Source: Selaginella moellendorffii | Lineage: Eukaryota; Plantae; Lycopodiophyta | NCBI RefSeq assembly: GCF_000143415.4 | Contig: NW_003314291.1 | Span: forward strand, 1,082,768-1,146,767 | Reading direction: 5' to 3' | DNA: 64,000 nt | Shown here: positions 23,384 to 36,284 of the stretch, piece by piece | How positions within the stretch are numbered: the first letter of the stretch is position 1 | How the letters are laid out: every line of letters begins with the position of its first letter | Notes under the pieces: model-generated | Told to the model about the DNA's origin: nothing | The model's database searches: none | The model's input: only the letters and a program-made list of their open reading frames with translations | Made by a program: the position numbers and the translations under genes

Positions 23384-26110
23384 TTGAAGCCGAATGGAGG
23401 CCGTGACAATCAAGGCCGGACTCGCTGGCGAATGTGCACTGTGTGTGCAGCGGATCATAGCAGCAAGGCTACTCTGCCACTTACAGTTGGAGAGTGGCGC
23501 TGAAATCTCCCGGGACGCCAAGTGGGCTGCGTGTGGGTGGCGGAGTGGGCGGCGGAGTTGGCGGCGAAGTTACAAACTGGGTGTGTCTTGAAGTGGACGC
23601 CGATGCACACGAGCGCGATGCAAGCGCGAGTGTGATGCAAGCGCGAGTGGACGCCGATGCACACGAGAAACCTGTAGAGAAGTGAGCGTGATCGCGAGTG
23701 GGAGCGCGATACGAGCGGAAGCGCGAGTGTGATGCAAGCGCGAGCGCGAGTGTGATGCGAGCGCGAGTACGAAGCAAAATGCAAAACCTAACCTCACACG
23801 CGCGAAATGTCACAACGGTTGGTAATCCCGCCACGTCATCATTCCTCGGACTTGGGCGCCACCATTAATTTCTGGATTGCCGCGCGCATGCAAGCACGCA
23901 AAATCCAAAAGAAATCCGCAACGTCATCATTCCTCGGACTGCATGCACGCGAAATCCAAAAGAAAGATCATGATTGGGATATCATTTAATACCCTCGCTA
24001 TATTTATACCATGCATGATTGGATATTCCAAAGCATCTTGTATTTCCAAAAATGGCAGATGTTCAGCTAAATAAAGAAATTCTATCTGTTTCTATTTTTC
24101 TCTCAAATCAATATTATAGCATATGGGCTCATGCAATTTTGAACCAAAGAAACCCAAAAAACGTTGGACCCAAAATATTTTGAAAAAACCCAAAAAACCC
24201 TAAACATTTTAAACCCAAAAATCCAGGCGTCCTGTGGCGTTATTCCTTGAATAGCGTGTGGGCGCATGCCATTTTCAGGGCCAAATGCTGAATGGAGAAA
24301 AATTCCCTTTCAGTGCAAATGCTGCAAGAGGCAGATGCTGAGCACAAAGGACTGTAACTACCTCACATGACACAGATAAACTTTTCTCTATTTGGGAAAG
24401 ATAAACTTTATAGCGTGTGGGCTCATGCAATTTTGAACCCAAAAAATGCACCAAAAAATTCTCGGCGTCATCTGGCGTTATCTCTTGAATGGCGTGGGGC
24501 CGCATGCCATTTTCAGGGGCACATAGGAGTATATTCCTAGGATATTCTGACACGCGCGAGATTTTTTTGAGTTTTCTGGAGATCCAACCGTTAGATCGCA
24601 ACTAGATTTTACAGAATGGTATACAATGTCTTTCTTGATGACCCTGCAAAGAAGCATCTCGATCGGACACCACATGAGACCACACGAGCCTTACAATGTT
24701 TCAGGGGCATTTGCCATAGATCCGACCGTTATTTTGCTCCAAGATTTTACAGTTTGGTGTGCATTGACCTTTCCATCGACACTGCAAAGGGACATCACAA
24801 TCAGATGTGGGATCACAAGAAACTAACTTCACTAACTCTGGTTTCACCAAGATCTACGTAAGGAGTTATGAAATGAAAGGACCCTCTCTATTGAATTGTG
24901 TTTATGGTCCTATAGCTATAAACAGCTATAAACATGACGGGATGCAAATAGATTACTAGGCTGGTCCTGCGAAAATCAAAAACCATAATTGAAAACATTG
25001 AAAATGCAAAAAGAAAGGTTTATAATATTTTTGAATTTTAAGCAACCAAAGGAATGTAAGTAGGGCATGTGTTTGTAAGTTTAAAAATGCCTCAACCACT
25101 TAAATTCCCAAGTAAATAAAGCTATTTCTATTTTTGGTACAGGTAAACTTTATAGCGTGTGGGCTCATGCAATTTTGAACCCAAAAATGCACCAAAAAAT
25201 GCTTGACTAGCATTATTCTTTGAATGGCGTGTGGCCTTATATTGCCATAAATGGACGTACACACAGAGCATAATTATTCCTTTACACGGCGAATAATCTT
25301 GGCGCAGATCGCTGACATGGCATGGCAAAGTTCGAATCACTGACATGGTACAGCTGGATCGAGGCAAGGACATGATGTGACAAAGTTCAACCTCCGACAG
25401 CAAAGTCTAGAAGCTACTCAGTTTGAAATTTGTCAGAGGAGTCATAAGATCTAGTTTGTCAGAGGATTTGATGTGACATTCAAGCGTGTGTTATTTTTGA
25501 ATTCTCGAACTCATTCCTAGGTCTATCATTTTTGTGCGCCGTGTTCTTGGTTCCGCTGAGCGCAGTGAGCGCTGCTTGTGTAAGCGGCGTTGTGGGCTGT
25601 GGTTTATGCGTCTACGAGCGGTTGCGGCATTGCGAGCGCCATTGCGAGCGGCAGTTTATGCGAGTGGCAGTTTGTGCGAGCGGCGCTACGAGCAGTTGCG
25701 GTGTTGCGAGCGGCGCTACGAGTAGTTGCGGTGTTGCGAGCGGCACTGTCTTTGGTGTGGCTACCGCTTCCTCTTGATATTCGGCACTTGTGCTTCCTGG
25801 TATGTTCACCATGGAATGGCTTAGGACCACATTTAGAAATGGCATGAGGCCACATGCCATCTTGGGCCCTTGCAATTTCATGGCTAGCGTATTGTCATGT
25901 ATGTTTTTACTTGCCTACAGCTGTGTGTATATCAAGATGGCATGAGGCCTCATGCCAATTTTGTGAATGCGAAATTTCACGTGGGTGTCAATAGCATGTT
26001 TGAATAATGGCATGTGGCCTCATGCTATTGAGGTTGTTTGGTATGTTATGATTTAGGCCATTCTCCAATCATTTTTTGTATGGTCTTAACTTCTTTTTTG
26101 CACTTTCAGA

Positions 26111-29100
26111 ATGGCCTTCAGGGTTGGGGAAAAGGTTTACATTTTGAATGGTGGGAAAAGAGTTGCAAAAGGGACCCTTGTGTCTATGGATCGGAACTTT
26201 GTTATACACTGTCAAAGGCTTGGGGAAGGCAATGCTGCTGTATCAATAGAGACTGTCTTCGATGGGAATGTGGTCGTTATTGAACGAGGAGAGATGGTCG
26301 TCGGGGTAAATGTTGTTGTTGCCTTGAAAAATCTTCAGAAGAAAGCAGATGTTGGGGACAGTGCAAGTGCGACGCATGTTCCCTCCGTGGATCTTAAGAA
26401 CCGTGCTACATGGATTCAGGCAAAGGTGTTTCTAAACAACCCCAAAGGGGAGGTGGTAGCTGAGGGCTTAGCCACAGTTGTCGATCCAAGAGATGCGGTT
26501 GCTAATCAAGAATTGGGCTGGGATGATATTGGAGTTGCGATTTTAGAGGTTGTTGACATAGAAGAAAACAGTCTGACTATTGGAAGCATTGTGCGGTTGA
26601 AATTGAGGCACTTAGTGTTTGAGAATGTGAAGGATTCACAATCAAACACCACTACAATTGATGACAGAACATCTCTTCATGGGAAAAGAAAGTACACCTT
26701 CCTAAAGCGCAGCCAAAGGGATCTGAGCAATGAACCGAAAAGGCAGAAAATGGCGATGGAGGTTCGAATGGTCTCGACAGTTGCTTGTTGCAAGAGGAGG
26801 TGCTGTCAACATGCTGATTGGGATGCTATTGAAGAGGAGAAAGCAAGATACAAGACATTGTCCTGGAAGGCAGCTCGCAATTTTGTGTATGAGGCATTAC
26901 GGTCATCTGTTGATGCTTCAGAACATTAGGTGGGGGGCATGGTCTTCCAGAGGGGTTTGGTCTGCATGAAGGCATGGAGAATCATTTATTGAGTCCCTCG
27001 AACCACATTCTACAGAATCAAAACTGAGTTCGAGGAACAAAGGGTTCAACAGGCAATCCATGGGAACGACGGTACGCACAAAACCAGGGGTCATGTTGTA
27101 TATGGAGAGGCAATCTTCAAGAGGTTTGTCGAGACATGTAGCGAGCAGCAACCACATAAAACCCGCCTCTTGGAAGATGGAACACGAGACACCCAACGAG
27201 TTCTCCCTTCCATGTATACCAAGGGGGCCATATTGGAAGATGTGAATCGGGAACTCCAGAGTAATGGCTACAGGAAGCTGAGCCAATTTAGATTTAGTAG
27301 ATTGTGGAGCAACAGGTTCAAGGATGTGAGTATAGGAAAGTACTCCAGCTTTTCAAAGTGTGACGAGTGCACTACTATCAAAATGGCTTTGTCGAAGAAT
27401 TCTTGCATCGCTCAAGAGCGAGAGACGTTGGTTAGAAGGCGACTCGACCACAACATCGAGTAGAGAAGCTGCAGGACTGCATATTATCATAACAGGATTC
27501 TCTCCATGGAGAGACCTGACTCTTACCTCTGCATCATCCACGACAAAATGGACCAGAAAAAGACGTGCTTACCTCGACTCAATCCTGCCCCCAAGGCAAT
27601 CTCTTCATCCATGCAGCTGCCTGTGTCTCTGTTTGGCATAATCGCTCATGGGCATGGTGCCTAGAACTATGGGAACTTCTTTGTACCTCTATGGGGTGGC
27701 GGGGGTGCAAACATGATGATTGCGTCCCTAGCAAAACACTTAAGGTCTCTGCAAAGTGCGCAGACTGAGCTAAACGGCCAACCCTTGCATAAGGCCCTTG
27801 TCGATCGAACCCCATACAGGGTTCAGCTGGAGGAGGAGCAAAGGCTTGCAGTATCGCGTGGGGCCCCATGCCATCCCAGTGAATATGTTGCCGTCAGATT
27901 GTAGGGTTATCACGTGAGGCCTCATGCCATTCCGACGAGGCTGGTCGCCCGGTGAATGCACAGTCTCATCCAAACGAAGCAGAATCTCAAGGAAGTTCTT
28001 GCGGCCGATGTGGCCTTCCACCCCATCTTCTGCTCCAAACAGACAATGCTAGCAGTGAGAACAAAAACATGTACGTCTTCGCGTACTTGGCGATGCTTGT
28101 TGCCAAAGGCATATTTGAAACGGTTACACTTGGCTTTCTCATGGTTGGGCACACTCATGAAGACGTCGATGCCATGTTCAGTCACCTGGCAGAGTCCCTC
28201 CGGCGATCCAATGTCCTCACCCTCCCACAACTCTACGATGAATTCCAAAATTGCATCAAAGGCACTGTTGAAGCTGCACTTCTGACAAAGGTTCCAGACT
28301 TTAAGGGGTTTGTAAGAGGCTACATCAGGGACGGATCCGAAACGCTGATTGGCCACTCCAAGCCTCTTCAGTTTCATTTCAGCATGCGTGACAGTGCTCC
28401 AATGATGAGGTACAAGATGAGAGAATGGGACACAGTGTGGCTGCCAGTGGACGGCATTGAACTCTTCAAGAGAGATCCCATAACTGGGGAACCTATGATT
28501 CCTCAGGGTTCCCCACGGCCGATGCACCCGGATGGACTCAAAGACCAGGAAAGTATAGTGGCCGGGATTAGACAGCATATTGCCTTCTGGAAGAGGGGGT
28601 TGGTGTTTAGTGGAGAATCCTATTTTCAGAGGTGCAAGCCTTTGCTCGAATACTGGGAGAAGATTATATCTGCTATCCAAAATGGGCCGGTTGTATATGA
28701 AGAATTGGAAGAGTCCTTTTGGCCAGAACCCAGAGCACCAGATAGTAGTGGAACAATGTTCTCTGGAAATGCAGTGACAGATAACGATGTTGAGGATCAT
28801 TATTGTGAGCCGAGGAACAAGAAGCCGGATTCAGCATTCAATCCAGTACAGGTCTACAAAGGAATGGTCGTGCTTGTCAGACCCAGTAATAAAAAACAAA
28901 TGATATGGGTGGGGCGCTGCATCACTGATGCAGAGGAGGACGCGGAAACTAACTCCTTCAATGTAACTGTGGAGTGGTTCAAGCCAAGTTCCGGATATAC
29001 GAAGGATTGCCTAGAAAAGAGATGGGTGCTAAATCCAAGGGATCTCAGCATGAGCATATCGGTGGATAATGTTGTGCATGGTTGGATGCGGAAGCAGAGT

Positions 29101-29178
29101 GCCACCATCACCTTGCCAGACCATGCAAGAGATGCAGCAAGAGCATTCATAACCCGGGTTCAAGGTGAGATTCATTAA
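26111..29178 (+). pseudogene. Sola1/DUF7869-like transposase, copy 1 (inactivated)
   Basis: Same protein as 41401-44469 but with stops at about 26927, 26989, 27461 and 27661 and a 1-nt frameshift near 27890. Confidence 0.88.
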
Positions 29179-29356
29179 TGTTCCTTTACTAAGTTTCTAA
29201 TGTATTTTATTTCAAGGTGAACAATCCGAATCTGAATCAGAGGAGGCGTGATGGCATGTGGCCTGAGATGATGTGACATATGCATTTACCAATCACACGT
29301 GCATAAATCTAATAATATGGCGTGTGGCCCATATTAATGGCACATAAACCCATATT

Positions 29357-29716
29357 GTGGGCTTACGTGCTTTATGTACCATTATTCCCTTGCAACGTGT
29401 GTGTTGGTTTCCTTTTATAACACAACAAACTCCATATTTTAGGGTGAAGAGCATTCTCATGGCAAACACAAAATCTGTAAGTGAGGCAGAAAAGGAGACG
29501 GAAAAGGAGATAGGTGAAGATGTAGAATATATAAGTCTTCCAAACTCCCCGTACTATACTCTAGGTGATCATTTTTCTGAACAAACGGCAACATTAACAA
29601 CTATCGAGAACGCCCCAGTAACGTCAGAGACAACAATCCAAAGCAAAACAACTGACCTGGAGAAGGATGATAGTACCGCTGAGAGTACCAAAAAGGAGGT
29701 GTCCACTAGCGCTTAG
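29357..29716 (+). CDS. Small acidic, Thr-rich hypothetical ORF of the 13 kb element (ATG at 29459 more likely)
   Basis: Open in both copies (40855-41214 on minus); no recognisable motif. Confidence 0.25.
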   Translation: MGLRALCTIIPLQRVCWFPFITQQTPYFRVKSILMANTKSVSEAEKETEKEIGEDVEYISLPNSPYYTLGDHFSEQTATLTTIENAPVTSETTIQSKTTDLEKDDSTAESTKKEVSTSA

Positions 29717-30376
29717 GCTTATAATGGCGTGTGCCCTCATGCCATTTACTTGATCACCAAATACCTTTTTCCCTTTGCACTAGTATATCTTAATACCGGT
29801 CTGAGAAATAGAATGGCATGTGCCCTCAGGCCTTTTACTAAATCACCTTTGAAAGAAATGCAAGCCTCTATGTCGTAAAAAAAAGGTACTAGAGAAATTC
29901 CTTAATAATATGAATGTTATTTAGTTTCATGAAAATACACTAAGGGTCAAATGAGTTAAATGACTTCTCCAGACTAGCAATGCCTCTTGCTACACCTTCA
30001 CAATTAGATTCGTTAGAAAAAGATAACATTGAATAATATCTAAATGTTCTCACCATTAAGTGATATGTCTGGCTAATAGGAATGACGTTCATCTTGGAAA
30101 GCTCACCACACGCTCAATGAACAAACAAATAGTGTGTGCGCACATGCCATCGCTCTTCTTTAGCTTCAGATTCGGCTTGTTCACCTTGACAATGAGATTT
30201 ATTATACAACCAGATGGACTCAGTCTGGACATAAAGTCACCGCGCTAGTCACCATGCCCCAGATATGTCTAGCCTCTGGACAAAAAACATATAATTTCAC
30301 GTCATTTTCAAATACTTGAAAATTTGTACTTAGTCCCATTTTACTGAATAAATCCCACTTTAACGAAATAGAGTAT

Positions 30377-30840
30377 TGACGCTCTTTGCCCAATGAAACT
30401 CACAACTCTTCTCTCTACCTTGTAATGGCTGACTTTTATCACCTCCGAATACTTGTCGTATAGCCAACCAGTTAGCACCAGCTGCATCTGCCATGAAACC
30501 ACGGAAGTTGGGTTTCTTCCCGGTTCGCTGTTCAACAACCTCGGATATACATGTCCAAAAGATGGTTTGTGCTTGAAAATCTTGAACCTTGAATTCAGCT
30601 ATAGCTATAGTCAAATTGCACTACAACCTATAAAAGGAATGGTTATAATGTAAATTGGTATAGATCCTTAAAAAATGAAAAACCACTTACTTGTGATCAT
30701 AAACATGAGCTCCCATTGTTGACCAGCTTGAAACTTGTTCCATATGGTCAAAATGGATCCAGGAATTAGCTAAATCCCCATCTCCATCCATATCCATTCG
30801 TTGTACAAGGTCCACACCAGAAGCAGGACCAAGGGTAGAC
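30377..30840 (-). pseudogene. Upstream exons of the MULE-like transposase
   Basis: WIHFDH, GFMADAAGANW, CEFHW (D..D..CxxH pattern of MULE transposases); intron donor at 30690. Confidence 0.65.
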
Positions 30841-33800
30841 TGTAAGCCACAAATTTTTCCTTTCCAATTTGCCAGCTTACCTCGTCTATCCGTCCAACAC
30901 CGCCTTGGCTTTTGCTAAGTTCCCTTGCCAAGGTTCTCGCCTATGGTACCAGCTCCTACTTGGTCTCAGCTACTCACTGCACGAGCAACGAAGTGTTAGC
31001 CACCCATCCACGGATTCCCAAATCACTCCCAATCCCCCTCCCCGGGTTAGACTGGACTTAAGGTTCGGCTACACTCCCCGCAAGCACAAGCAGCCAGGCA
31101 CACCAAGCTTCCAGGTTCCTAACATCCTTTGGTACCACAAGACTTGATCATGGGACCCTCTAAATCCCAAGTCTTGAGTGCAACACTTGCTTCGGGACGC
31201 CGGGGCGAAACACCGTGGCCTAGCGGCCCGGTATGGGTACCTCTCGCCCCCCACTTCCATCCCGAAGGAAGGCCCAAGCCCCTAGGAAGGGCGAGGACCA
31301 ATGAGCCGTATGGTACTCAAGTGGGGCACCACTCCACATGAGCCGGGAGCACCGCAATCGGTTTCCCTTTCAGGAGTGGGAGCTGCTCTTGAGCACTTCC
31401 TTGGATGGCCCCTCCGGCACCAACCAAGTCCATGCTCACTCCCACCCAAGGCCCCTCGGTCCCAGTCCCAACCTCAAGTCAGTTTGGGAGCCCCACTGGA
31501 GAGTCCCTTCTAAACTGGTTCCTGGACCTCACTATCCCTACTATACTTTTGGAACCCCCTGCAGCCCCCCCCCCCCCTGGGAGACGCACGCTTTGGGCTT
31601 TCACCCCTTGACCCGTATTAGTATTTGGACTTAGTCTCTGGCTCGATCTCGGACCCGATTTCGGATCCGACTTCGGATTCGGCCTCGGACTCGATCTCGG
31701 ACTCGATCTCGGACCCGATCTCGGACCCGACCTCGGACTCGACCTCGGACCCAACCTCGGACTCGACCTCGGACTCAGTCTCGGACCCGATTTCGGATCT
31801 CGGACTCCGTCTCGAACTCGGTCTTGAACTCGGACTCGAACTCGGTCCCCGAGTCGGTCTTGGACTCGATTCCGGACTCTATCTCGAACTCGGTCCTAGA
31901 GTCGGTCTTGGACTCGATCTTCGACTTGGTCCCATCCAATGAACTCTTTGTCATTTTGGTCATTCTTTCGGGGTTCCTTTAGCCTACGACACCTCGGCGA
32001 GTTGGTTCCTTACAACTCCACCACCCATAGAAGAAGTTCGATGCCCACATCGAACGTCTCGTTTTATCCTACGACTTGTTGACCATGTCTCCGGGGGCAT
32101 CCCCCCACTTAGCGGTGTGCCTAAGTTAGCCTCCCCGGCCAAGAGCCCATGACAACGGAATATAGGTGTCCCTATACTCCTCACCTCACCACGCCCTAGT
32201 ATGGGGTCGGGACTTGAACCCAGCCTTGCTTTACTAGGGGGTTGGGACTCGAACCCAACCTCCGTAGAATACGTCTACGGATTCGACATCCCCGCAGGGA
32301 GTCGGGCGTAGCTCCCTACGCCTGGTCGACCTAGCTAACCCATGCTAATTAGCTTACCTTCGGCGCGCCTTCGGGTCCCAACATATGCCACTTGCTCAAC
32401 TTTGCAAATTGATATTTTTAATTGAACTTTGCATAAGTACATAGAGTTCTGCCTTGCAGAAATTCCTCCACTAGATCTCGCGCGTTCGCTAGGTTCTCCT
32501 CCAGTTCCTATGTTGCTTCGCAGTGTGGAAATCCTTTCCACTTCACATGGAACTCTCTCACCTCGCGTCCTTGTCACTTGCTCTTGCGCGCATTGAGGAT
32601 GGCCTCGACTTCGTATTCCTCTTCCCCTTGGATAACCTCAGGTAGAGGTCTTACTTGGTCCTTGCGAAGCGGATCCTCAAAGTACGGCTTGAGTAAGTTC
32701 ACATGGAACACTGGGTGCATCTTCCCCATCTCTCGAGGAAGTCGGAGTCGGTAAGCCACTTTACTGATTCGTGCCTCAATCTCGTAAGGCCCTGCGAACC
32801 TGCTTAAGGAACTCAAGATCAATTCATTTACAGGAATACATGCATTTTTACCTTTGGGTCAACTTTCGGCTGATCCCACTTGGTAGCCTGAGGTTCTTGG
32901 TGTTCAGCCACACCTTCTCCCCAGCTTGGAACTCTACATCCCGGCGCTTTAGGTTCGCGTACTTGGTTTGCCTTTGTTGAGCCCGTTCCAAGGAATCCCT
33001 CACTAGATTCCAAATGTTGAGTCTTTCCGCCGTGAATGCCTCCACTGCAGGTAACTCTCCATGATACTCGGCCACGCCGAGTTCCACAGGACCTTCAATA
33101 GCTCGCCCATTGATGACTTCCCATGGACTCACCCCGATACTCGAATGTGGTGAGTTGTTATAACACATTTCCGCAAGTCCCAAATGACTTACCCAATCGG
33201 TCTGGTCTCCCGAGACATAGCATCGCAAATAATCCTCCAGCTGCCTATTCACCCTTTCCGTTTGTCCGTCTGTCAAGAAGTGTTAGGACCACCAAACTTG
33301 ACTTAATACCCCATACCTGTCTGTGGGTGATAGGCTGTGCTGAATTTCAACTTGGTGCGATATTGTTCCAGGAGGGTCCTCCAGAACCTACTAGTGAAGA
33401 TCTTATCTCGATTTGAGATAATCTCTTCTGGCCTTCCCCGCACTCGAACCACTTGTTCAAAGAACAGCTTCGCCACACCTTCCGCATCCACTTCCGTTGT
33501 GGTGGGTATGAAATGTGCCATCTTCGAAAATCGATCCACCACCACGAATATCGCATCGAACCCCTCACTTGGGGGTAGTCCCGTGATGAAGTCCATCGTA
33601 AGACATTTCCACAGACGATCTGGAATTGGGATGCTTTGCAACAAGCCCCCACTAGCCTTAGTCACGGCTTTGACTTGCTGACATGTTGGACATGTCTTTA
33701 CATAGTCTTGGACGTCCTTAGCCATATCTGGCCAATGGTACTTCCTCTTGAGTAAGCCTATCGTCTTGGGCACTCCGCCGTGTCCCGCAAGAGCTCCGTC

Positions 33801-34781
33801 ATGACACTCTTCTAAGGCTACCTTCCTTAGTCCCCGTTCTGGAACATATACCCTCGTTTGCTTGTAATAAATGAGTCCGTTGCGTTCCGCATAGCCCGTT
33901 TTCTCTTCCGTTGGCAGCTCACCTCTCTGGTGAGCTTCCCGCGCCTCCAGATTCCTCAATAACACTTCTTGTGCTAGACCATCGTTCTCATATGCTGTCC
34001 GCACATCGTCCCAGAAGGTTGCTATTGCGCTGGATATCGCCAACCTCAAGCTCGCTTTTCGACTTAGCGCATCTGCCACGATGTTGCTCTTCCCAGGCTT
34101 GTACAAAATCTCGCAATCAAACTCGGCCAAGGCATTGGCCCACTGACCTTGTTTCCCTCTCAGGTCGGGCTGTGACAAGAAGTATTTCGTTGCCACATTG
34201 TCCGTGTAAACCTTGAAGTGTCTCCCAAGGTAGTGTCGCCACTCCTTGAGCGCCTTGACCACCGCAAACAATTCCTTCTCGTGGGCAGGCCACTTCCGTT
34301 GAGCCTTGTCCAACTTCTTCGAGAAGAACGCTACTGGATGGTTGTCTTGCTTCAAAACTACGCCCAACGCAAAGTCCGAAGCATCCGTGTCTACCTCAAA
34401 GTCCTTACCAAAATCTGATAATGCCAACACCGGAGCCTTCCTCAACTTCCCTTTGAGGTGGACGAATGCCGCCTCGCATTCCGCTGTCCATACCATCTCC
34501 CCTTTTCCGGTTTGGTCTGTTAAGGGCAGGGCTACTCTCGAATAGTGTCTGATAAACTTTCGATAGTAGTTGCATAGCCCCAAGAACGCCCTCAACTCAT
34601 GTACATTCGAAGGTCGCTCCCATTCCTGGATCGCTTGGACCTTCTCCGGGTCCACCTTGAGCCCGTCCTGGCCCACCACATGCCCGAGAAACTTTACCTC
34701 TTGTTGAGCAAAGTCACATTTGCTCTCTTTAGCATACAGTTTGTGTTCCCTTAGTTTCTCAAACACCTTCACCAAGTGTTC
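30841..34781 (-). mobile_element. Ty3/Gypsy chromovirus copy C (3' LTR 30841-32014, chromodomain, IN, RH, partial RT), cut by the LINE
   Basis: Near-identical to copy A; homology ends at 34781, inside RT. Confidence 0.93.
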
Positions 34782-36284
34782 AGGAAGTTAAAGTCCCAAA
34801 GTAGTTCAAAGGAGGCCCTTGCATGGGCAAAAGAGGTGGAGGAGTTCCTCCACGAGGAGGAAACGTGTTCTGAGGAGGACCAGGAGCAGCAGAAAGGTAG
34901 CACAGCAAAAGAAAAAGCACAGGGAGCCTTGGCAAGACGTGGGTGGGAAAAGGTGGAGGACAAGTGTCAGACCACACCACACCAAGGCCCGGAGGACCCA
35001 GGGGAGCAAGGGGACTTGAGAGTTGAGCAAGAACAAGAAGGCTGCCCCGCACAAGGAAAGGTGGTAAAGGAAATCCCGCACACAGAAGCCTCTAAGACGA
35101 AGCCTCACGCCGGAGAGTCAGGGAAACGAGCTGGAACAGCGCTAGGTGCCAAGGGGATGGCAAAGGCAGTCAAGCTGGGCGAGGCTCTCAGCCAGGTGGT
35201 GGCGGCTAGGGAAGAAGAACTACGACATAGAGCAGTGATTGCAGTATTCAGGGGGAAGTTTCCCACTGGCCGCATGGCCATGGACTGGCTGAATGCTACG
35301 TTGGAGCAGGGGATTACAATCAAGAACTTGCTCCCACATGGTCGTGGATGCTACACAGTGGTGTTTGAGACAGAGGAGGCGCGGGCTCGAGCAGAGGTGC
35401 TGCATGGACTCATCGATGATAGCTGGGCGGTGTCCTTCCACTCGTGGATTCCAAGGTTCACGACAGATGACCAGGCACGGCTGAAGGGGGGAAGTGTCCC
35501 ACTTAACGTGGCACTGTGGGACATCCCAATGGAGATGAGGATTAAAGAGGTGATACGAGAGCTCGTCGAGGGAAGCATTGGGCAGATCGCCTCGGGACTA
35601 GACACCGTGGATGCGGAGGGCATTCTGGGCCCTGTGAGACTTAAGGTCTTTGTCTCATCCCCAGCAGAACTCCCTACGGAGATAGCAGTCCTGGGACAGT
35701 ACGTTCGTATACAGGTGGAAAATGCAGCACCACGCTGTGGTTGGTGCCTACAGTCGGGGCACAGCGAGAATGCGTGCACGACCAAACGACCCAAGCTTGC
35801 TCCAGGACGTCCCTTTGAACTCCCAGAGGCCGTGGAGAAGCAGCTGAAGCAGCGTCCTCCAGAGCAGGCTCCACACATCCGGTTCCCAAGCGCACCACCT
35901 TTCTCGGGACCTGATTCACGGCCCAGAATGTTCGAGAGCCCGATTGCTGAAAAGGACGGAGAAGGCTTTCAGCAGGTTCTTCCTCGAACTGTGAACATGG
36001 TTGTCAGATGGATCCCACCCAGGAGAGAATTAACAACCACAGAGGCGGGAGACTAGCTGATGTACCGAGGGCACACGGCCTTCCCAGAGGTCATCACGCT
36101 TGGCGATTACCAGACCCGAATGGAACGTGCCATCACTGAGTGGACGGGATTTTTAGAATACGCGGTGCGGGGCTTCTCTTGGACTAAGTACAGGGGGAGG
36201 CTCACTGCAGTATGGACCATCTCCTCGGAATGGAGGGCGAGGCCTAGCAGCACGGTTTTCTCTTGGAAGTACGTTGCTCCATGA
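34782..36284 (+). CDS. LINE ORF1 (no start codon seen; in-frame TAG at 36054-36056)
   Basis: DUF4283-like region and CGWCLQSGHSENAC knuckle; ORF 36060-36284 is in the same frame. Confidence 0.7.

Larger units (their letters stand above)
17363..30376 (+). mobile_element. 13.0 kb TIR DNA transposon (Sola1/DUF7869-like), copy 1
   Basis: TIR AAGCTCTATTTCGTTAAAGTGGGA / TCCCACTTTAACGAAATAGAGTAT; 4-bp TSD TGAC at 17359-17362 and 30377-30380; removing it restores the host ORF. Confidence 0.92.
15583..30840 (-). mobile_element. MULE-like DNA transposon remnant (15583-17362 plus 30377-30840), interrupted by Sola-like copy 1 and by Gypsy copy C
   Basis: LTR homology stops abruptly at GAGCCCGGGTAGG with GAGCTCAT repeats (putative terminus); the coding frame is continuous across the removed insertion (HWAKSVN-EHCRCIK). 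Confidence 0.65.

Noticed and set aside
23455-23834. Ala/Arg/Ser-rich ORFs, also at 25532-25881 and in the copy 2 equivalents
   Set aside because: They arise from CG-rich promoter-like repeats open in several frames
17363-30376. CRISPR-like array suggested by recurring palindromes
   Set aside because: Spacing is irregular (tens of bp to kb), copies lie in introns and exons, there are no cas genes, and the context is eukaryotic
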